Source: Octopus sinensis (taxonomy: Eukaryota). Taken from it: a stretch of 14,270 bases of DNA. The notes under the pieces were generated by a model. It worked only from the letters and a program-made list of their open reading frames with translations, was not told the DNA's origin and made no database searches. A program made the position numbers and the translations under genes. Where the stretch lies: NCBI RefSeq assembly GCF_006345805.1, contig NW_021825845.1, positions 1-14,270 on the forward strand. Reading direction: 5' to 3'. Below, piece by piece: positions 8,586 to 14,270 of this stretch. Every line of letters starts with the position of its first letter. The first letter of the stretch is position 1.

Positions 8586-9156
8586 AAAGAAATACTGAAA
8601 AAAGTTACATCAATGGTATTAGAAATATAAAATAAATATAAAAATAGCAACTACGACAGAAATAACAAGAACAACAACAAAAGAGATGAGGCACCAGCAA
8701 TAAATAAATAAATAAATAAATAGAGAAACATCAACAACCACAAAACAACGAAAATAAAAGGCAACAATTACTATATTGAAAGCATTAAAAAAAAAAGACG
8801 AAAAAAAAACGAGGAAAACGAGAGAAAAAAAAGACAGTAAGAACATGAAGACGACTAGGCGAACATTAAAAAGCAAGAGGAACACCGTTGAATAGATCAA
8901 AGAGTATCTGATATAACAGCAGCTTGAGCAAGTACCATCTTCTTCCAAATGTACGAAGCATATTTCAATGGCTACAGCAGGCTGCTGTATAGAATAACAT
9001 CAATCATTATTTTATACAGTATTCTACACACACAACTCACTCATTCATATGGTTCATTCATTTACTCAAACATCAGACTCACTCGCCTCGCTGACATCAT
9101 CATTCTATAACATAATGAATGTCACTGATCACATTTCATTATGATTATATCATTAT

Positions 9157-9370
9157 GAGCTGGCAGTGTCGTTAGTGCGTCGGACAAAATGCTTAGCGTC
9201 ATTTTCTTTCTGGCTATTTATGTTCCGAGTTCAAATGTCACCGAGGTCGAGTTTGCCTTTCATCTTTTCGGGTCGATAAAATAAAAAAAAAAGCAGTCAA
9301 GTATATTGGGTTCGATGTAACCGACTAACCGCATCCCCATCTAAAACTTTGGCCTTGTGTCAAAATTTAA
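9157..9370 (+). mobile_element. tRNA-derived SINE (family A), near full length
   Basis: A-box-like GAGCTGGCAG..TCGTTAG, B-box GAGTTCAAAT, then CCGAGGTCGA.TTTGCCTTTCATC.TTTCGGGTCGATAAA and a GGCCTTGTG 3' segment. Confidence 0.85.
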
Positions 9371-9379
9371 TACTAAGAA

Positions 9380-9500
9380 GGTGGCGAACTGGCTGAATCG
9401 TTAGCACATCTGACAAAATGCTTAGCCTCATGTCTTGCGGTTTTACATTCTGGGTTTCAAATCCACCGAGGTCGACTTTGTTTTGCATAGGTCGATAAAA
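9380..9500 (+). mobile_element. tRNA-derived SINE (family A), 3'-truncated
   Basis: GGTGGCGAACTGGCTGAATCGTTAGCAC...AAATGCTTAGC...TTCAAATCCACCGAGGTCGACTTTG...GTCGATAAAA. Confidence 0.85.
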
Positions 9501-9505
9501 CAATG

Positions 9506-9881
9506 CTTTCTATTCTCGGCACAAAGCCTTGAAAAGTTTTGCATCGACCCCAGTGCGTAACTGGTACTTATTTAGTCGACCCCGAAAATATGAAAGAAAA
9601 AGCCGACTTCGGCGAAATTTGAACTCAGAACATTGCGGCAGACGAAATACCTATTTCTTTACTACCCACAAGGGGCTAAACAGAGAGACGACAAACAAGG
9701 AGAGACAAACGGATTAATTCGATTATATCGACCACAGTGCGTAACTGGTACTTATTTAATCGACCCTGAAAGGATGAAAGGCAAAGTCGACCTTGGCAGA
9801 ATTTGAACTCAGAACGTAACGGTAGACGAAATACGGCTACGCATTTCGCCCGGCGTGCTAACGTTTCTGCCAGCTCGCCGC
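9506..9881 (-). mobile_element. Dimeric tRNA-derived SINE (family A): full 5' monomer, unique linker, second headless monomer
   Basis: The block ATCGACC.CAGTGCGTAACTGGTACTTATTTA.TCGACCC..GAACTCAGAAC...GACGAAATAC occurs twice (9543-9640 and 9727-9834). The minus-strand 5' end is GCGGCGAGCTGGCAGAAACGTTAG (A box), with B box GAGTTCAAATTC at 9799-9810. Confidence 0.88.
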
Positions 9882-10029
9882 TTTGGTCGGTAAAATAATT
9901 AACAGTTCCGGACTGGGATCTCTGTAATCAACTAAACAAATCCACGCCCCCCCCCCACCCCCACCCCACCAAAAAATAAATTCAGACCTTGATCCTTTAG
10001 AAGAAAGAATTATTATTGCGAAACTTTTA

Positions 10030-10195
10030 GTGTCGAACTGGTAGAATCGTTACAGTGCCGAACAAAATTCTTTGCCGCAGCACTTCCAGATCTTCAGTTC
10101 AAATTCCACTGAGATCGACTTTGCCTTTCATCATTTAGGTGTCGATAAAATAAGTACCAGTTGAACACTGGAGCCGGTGATACCGACTAGCACCC
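10030..10195 (+). mobile_element. tRNA-derived SINE (family A), diverged
   Basis: CGAACTGGTAGAATCGTTA...AGTTCAAATTCCACTGAGATCGACTTTGCCTTTCATC...GTCGATAAAATAAGTACCAGTTG. Confidence 0.85.
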
Positions 10196-10227
10196 GTACT
10201 CGGTTTCAGGCCTTTTTCCTATACGCC

Positions 10228-10432
10228 TTTCTAATATAGGCACAAGGCCTGGAACTTTGGATGCAGGGCAAGTCGATTACATCGACGCCAGTACTCAACT
10301 GGTACTTAATTATCGTCCCCGAAAGGATGACAGGCAAAGTCGTCCTCGGTGGGATTTGAACTCAGAACGTAAAGACCGTTGAAATGCCACTAAGCATTTC
10401 ATCCTGCGAGCTAACCATTCTGCTAGTTCGCA
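10228..10432 (-). mobile_element. tRNA-derived SINE (family A), near full length
   Basis: Reverse complement of the same consensus (AACTGGTACTTAATT ATCGTCCCCGAAAGGATG..GGCAAAGTCG.CCTCGG..ATTTGAACTCAGAACGTAAAGAC...GCTAACCATTCTGCTAGTTCGC). Confidence 0.88.
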
Positions 10433-10537
10433 GTCTTCTTTGTACCTATGATAGAAAGAATTATTATTACACGAAGTACTCCTCACTCATTGTCAACGCC
10501 ACAACCGACAAATATTTTGGAGTTGGTACCGTGCCTG

Positions 10538-10730
10538 CGAACGATCAGGCAGTAACACAACCCTGTCGTATTACAGATTTCAATTTTGTAAATTCTTCTC
10601 TTAAATTGAGATACTTGTAAGACATGAAGCTGCCTTCCTTCCCAAATATGAAAAAAAATTCTAATTTTGATTTGCCACCTTTCTCTTTGTAAAGTATTAT
10701 TAGCAGGTGATCATCGATGTTCTCGATTGA
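10538..10730 (-). mobile_element. Very decayed LINE (RTE-like) reverse transcriptase remnant
   Basis: One minus frame reads LLIILYKEKGGKS...KSVIRQGCVTA*SF, resembling the RT motifs IxLYKxKGDRS and GVRQGCVLAP. Confidence 0.45.
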
Positions 10731-10982
10731 TTAAATTCCTCCCCGCCCACATATATATATATATATACATACATACATATATATATATATATAATATCAT
10801 TTACAGCATTTACTTAACGTATAAGCTTCGTGTATTTACCGGTGGGCTACTATTAGCACGGTGGAGTATATATTCTTTCAAAGTGCCAGGTGTTAAACGA
10901 CTTCAAGTAAAGAACAGGCGACATAACTCACTTACACTCCCATCTAGATGTAATGGACATCGATGGTTCGCCCTTTTTGTAG

Positions 10983-11093
10983 CTTGTTAACCTCACGTAC
11001 CCGACAGGATCGAAGGTGAATGACCTCGCCAGTCCACGGCTTGCATGGTCATGGCATGCAAACCATGTACTGGCATGCTCAGCAAATGCATAC
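10983..11093 (+). CDS. Candidate internal coding exon (phase 0-0, 111 bp), product unknown
   Basis: Strong acceptor CCCTTTTTGTAG|, strong donor TAC|GTAAGA, GC-rich island, open frame LVNLTYPTGSKVNDLASPRLAWSWHANHVLACSANAY. It competes with a minus-strand reading at 10997-11103. Confidence 0.35.
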
Positions 11094-11193
11094 GTAAGAA
11101 TAACTTTAAATATGAAATACAAGCAGCTATAATATAGTAAATTGCTTAACTGATATTTATTATACTGGAGCTGATTATATATATATATATCTA

Positions 11194-11233
<40 letters not shown>

Positions 11234-11511
11234 GTAAATATGAAAAATCAACGAAAAGCATATTGTAAATAGAAAAAGGCTATTATGACGGTGCGACGAC
11301 AATATATACAATGAGATTGACTGAGGTAGTAATACGAGTCATAAAGGTCATTATTATGAGATGATTATAAGATGATAATAAAGTAAGTGAACAAAACGAA
11401 CCAATGGTTTGCGCGAAAGCTATTCATCGTTGTGAACAACACCGGTTAATATAATATATTAATATATGATGTATGTATGTATATCTATATTTAATATATA
11501 TAAATATAATA

Positions 11512-11550
<39 letters not shown>

Positions 11551-11571
11551 TATATAATATATATATATATA

Positions 11572-11937
11572 CTAGCAGTATCACCCGGCGTTGCTCGGAT
11601 TTGTAAGGGAAATACTATAAAGCATTTTTAGAGAGGTATAGCCCCAAAAGTGGGAAAAAAAAAAATATGTAAATTTTTTTTTAGTTAAAAAAAGGTCGAG
11701 TTGCGTCCCTAGACAGTCGTTGTTCTTTTTTTGTGTTCTGATTCTCGACCCCATGTCAAATTTATCGATTTTTTCAAAACTATGGACCTTTTCAAAATTT
11801 TCGCGCGTTAGTAGTTTGAATTATGATAGGGGTATGTGTGTGTCAAGTTCCATCAGAATCGGTTGAAGAATGCCGTGGTCAGGTGTGAGGGTACAACCTA
11901 ACAGACACACAGAAACAACACAGACAAACTGCCGCTT

Positions 11938-11940
<3 letters not shown>
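11572..11940 (-). mobile_element. Non-autonomous Helitron-like element (Lep1-type architecture) inserted in (TA)n
   Basis: The minus-strand 3' end is ...CCGAGCAACGCCGGGTGATACTGCTAG|T: a GC-rich hairpin (11585-11598) about 10 nt before CTAG, followed by T. The far end has CAAGTTCCATCAGAATCGGTT and an ACAGACAC/ACAGACA tract, typical of this short Helitron class. The 5' TC is not clear. Confidence 0.7.
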
Positions 11941-11973
<33 letters not shown>

Positions 11974-12039
11974 GTATATATATATATATCAGAGGAGTTT
12001 TCAAAGCTAACGGCAGCATAGCACCAGCTTTTGGGGAGA

Positions 12040-12385
12040 ACCTAATACTATACTTGCATACATACGTTCATGCATACATACACACATAAATATGCCCGTG
12101 TGTGTGTGTATGTGTGTGCTTGTGTGTGCGTATATTTGTGTATGTGCGTGTATAAAACCACAAATTGCATGTAAACGCATACTAGACATTAATATGTATA
12201 CGCAAACTTGCAGATCCACGCAAGCATATGTATGTATGTATATATATGCATGGGGATATGGCGTGTTATTTGTGGCATGTAGATATGACTATGTGTACGT
12301 TTGTATGAATGTATGTATATATGTATACATGCATGCGCACATACATACATCTATATACATAAGTATATGAACGCGATCACATGTG
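12040..12385. repeat. Degenerate alternating purine-pyrimidine (TATG/CATA/TG) low-complexity tract
   Basis: Directly visible; decayed microsatellite. Confidence 0.75.
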
Positions 12386-12809
12386 TGCAGGCATGGATGT
12401 TATTGAATACGTGGATCTTATTACATATATATTGTCACAGTGCCTTTGATAACTTGTAGCTGTAATCTCTTCATTAGGCGTGTTCTTTAGCCTAAAGACT
12501 TGAATAGCAATAAAATATAAATTACATCAACTATGAATTTGTATAATTTGGGATTCATTATTTTTCACAGAACAGATGCATGTGCATAGGTTCCTATGCA
12601 CTAAAAACACGTACATCTTGTCCCTAAATAATTCAGTGATGTCGTTATCCTTATGGAAGCGGTTAATTAATTTGTATGCTTGTTTAATTAATTTTTTTTA
12701 TATCTTTGTATATGGTTTACTGATAAGTATTTCCAGTATATTTTCAATATATTTAAGCAATAACCCACTCAGGCTATCACACTTTCGCATACTCACCCTC
12801 TCTTTCGTC

Positions 12810-12899
12810 CATTCACTCACCCTCCCATTCATTTACTCACTCACTCACTCATTCACTCACTCACTCACTCACTCACTCACTCACTTACTCACTCACTCA
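12810..12899. repeat. (CACT)n tetranucleotide microsatellite
   Basis: Directly visible. Confidence 0.93.
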
Positions 12900-13101
12900 T
12901 ATATTTAGTCATTCACTCGGAGAATTGGGATACATTTGATAAATACTGAGTGTTCGTAGTTAACTCATTTCATTCTATGAGACTTGTGAAAGCACATCCT
13001 CGTGGGTAGGGAATTCAACTCATTATCATAAGGTTGTGGTTTCAATTCTTGAATGGAACGGCATGTTGTTTATTTGAAAAAGGCAACCCATTTCACGTTA
13101 C

Positions 13102-13184
13102 CTCAATGAACTCAGTTAGCTGTAAGAAGTTCGAGCTGGAGACTTTGGCAGACCATATTCCCTCCAGTTGTTGAATCCTTTTGT
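13102..13184 (-). CDS. Candidate coding exon (phase 1-0, 83 bp)
   Basis: Acceptor CTTAATCTTGATTCTGCAG|, donor GAG|GTAACG, open frame (D)KRIQQLEGIWSAKVSSSNFLQLTEFIE. Confidence 0.3.
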
Positions 13185-14225
13185 CTGCAGAATCAAGATT
13201 AAGTTGAGCGAAAAACTGTATCTATCTATGCGAAGCTATACAGGCATTGGAAACATTTAACGAATACATGGAACCTCTTAACAAGCAATACTCGCACGCA
13301 TGCGTCAACTGGCTGTATTTTATTATTTATTTACTTCATGTTTTGTAGCTTTATTCGAGACATCTCAGCTAGAGTTTCCCTGCAGTTCAGTCATTGAATT
13401 CAAGTGAAGTCTAACCCACTTCAGTAAGAGCTTGATTTGGATAATTTGATTATCTCTTAATAACACCCGTCCTCATTCTTCGTATATCTGGCACACTCGT
13501 ACCAAATGTGGGAACGTTTTAAATAAAGAGAGAACTGTATAACAACTTGTGACGTCATGACTGTAATGAGAATAAAATTATGAATTTTCATTTTTCAACT
13601 TCAGTATTACGTGACATTAAATTTTTGCTGTTGTTGTTTAAGACTTAAACTTTCTTTTCGAGTTGAGATTCATGAATTCTCTCAGCAGAGCCCTCTTGGT
13701 TCTAAGACGTGTGCGAATGCGCAAGGCATACTCTGCGTGTACGAACAACGTTATAGAAACAGCAGCCACATCTTAAATAAAGTAATAACACGTTGACGTG
13801 TGTTACTCACACACAGCTTGCAGAGATTGTTATGATGCAATTCTTATTAGATCACGTGTAGGCAAATTGCAATGTTACTTAAAATTGCGATGGTTGAATT
13901 TCTAATATTTGTTCAACACCATTACGAATGAAGATGAATTATGTGAATAGAAAATATCTGTTCTTCAGGTAAATAAATGAAGGACTACAACGAATTTTCA
14001 GTCTCTTTTTCTTTATTTTCTGCTGAGGATGTGTGACACATCTCTCGGATTGAAAATCACCGCATTAAATTGTGTTGTTCTTAATACGAAAGAAAAACAT
14101 ACAAGATGACCACAGTGGAAATGGTTTCAATCAAAGAGTCCACATTATGAGAGTCGAGCTGAGGCAATCAACAGCATTGTGTACAAACCAGTACAAAACA
14201 CACACAACACTACCACCACATATAC

Positions 14226-14228
<3 letters not shown>

Positions 14229-14270
<42 letters not shown>
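14229..14270. repeat. (TG)n microsatellite running off the window edge
   Basis: Directly visible. Confidence 0.97.

Noticed and set aside
2156-8650. Homopolymeric ORFs (poly-S/H/I/Y/L/V/N/D) at 2156-2897 and 7673-8650
   Set aside because: They are translations of trinucleotide and dinucleotide microsatellites.
9157-10432. tRNA genes
   Set aside because: The A and B boxes belong to SINE heads followed by SINE bodies; no cloverleaf is present.
11395-11430. GCGCGAAAGCT as a hammerhead GAAA arm
   Set aside because: No CUGANGA at the required position upstream.
13803-13900. Strong minus-strand donor GTGAGTAA as the end of a coding exon
   Set aside because: All three upstream frames contain stops within ~90 bp.

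Overview
This is eukaryotic, AT-rich, repeat-saturated intronic or intergenic DNA. The SINE families resemble, from memory, those of coleoid cephalopods (Octopus-like); this is not database-confirmed. There is no intact gene, and nearly all ORFs in the supplied track are translated microsatellites. From left to right the window contains: a 45-bp tandem minisatellite (1-1072) followed by an abrupt strand-composition flip holding one inverted unit; a Penelope-like (PLE) terminal-repeat fragment with an apparently intact minimal type I hammerhead ribozyme (1824-1865); a 5'-truncated R4/Dong-type non-LTR retrotransposon end between trinucleotide arrays; an internally deleted mariner; a ~75-bp-arm fold-back of the same PLE-like sequence; a ~270-bp-arm inverted repeat with decayed hammerhead cores from a second family; a dense cluster of tRNA-derived SINEs in inverted pairs; an RTE-like RT remnant; and a non-autonomous Helitron-like element. 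Several GC-richer islands have exon-like splice signals and may form a split gene, but its strand and identity cannot be settled from the sequence alone. The best lead is two unrelated hammerhead-bearing, fold-back-forming repeat families.
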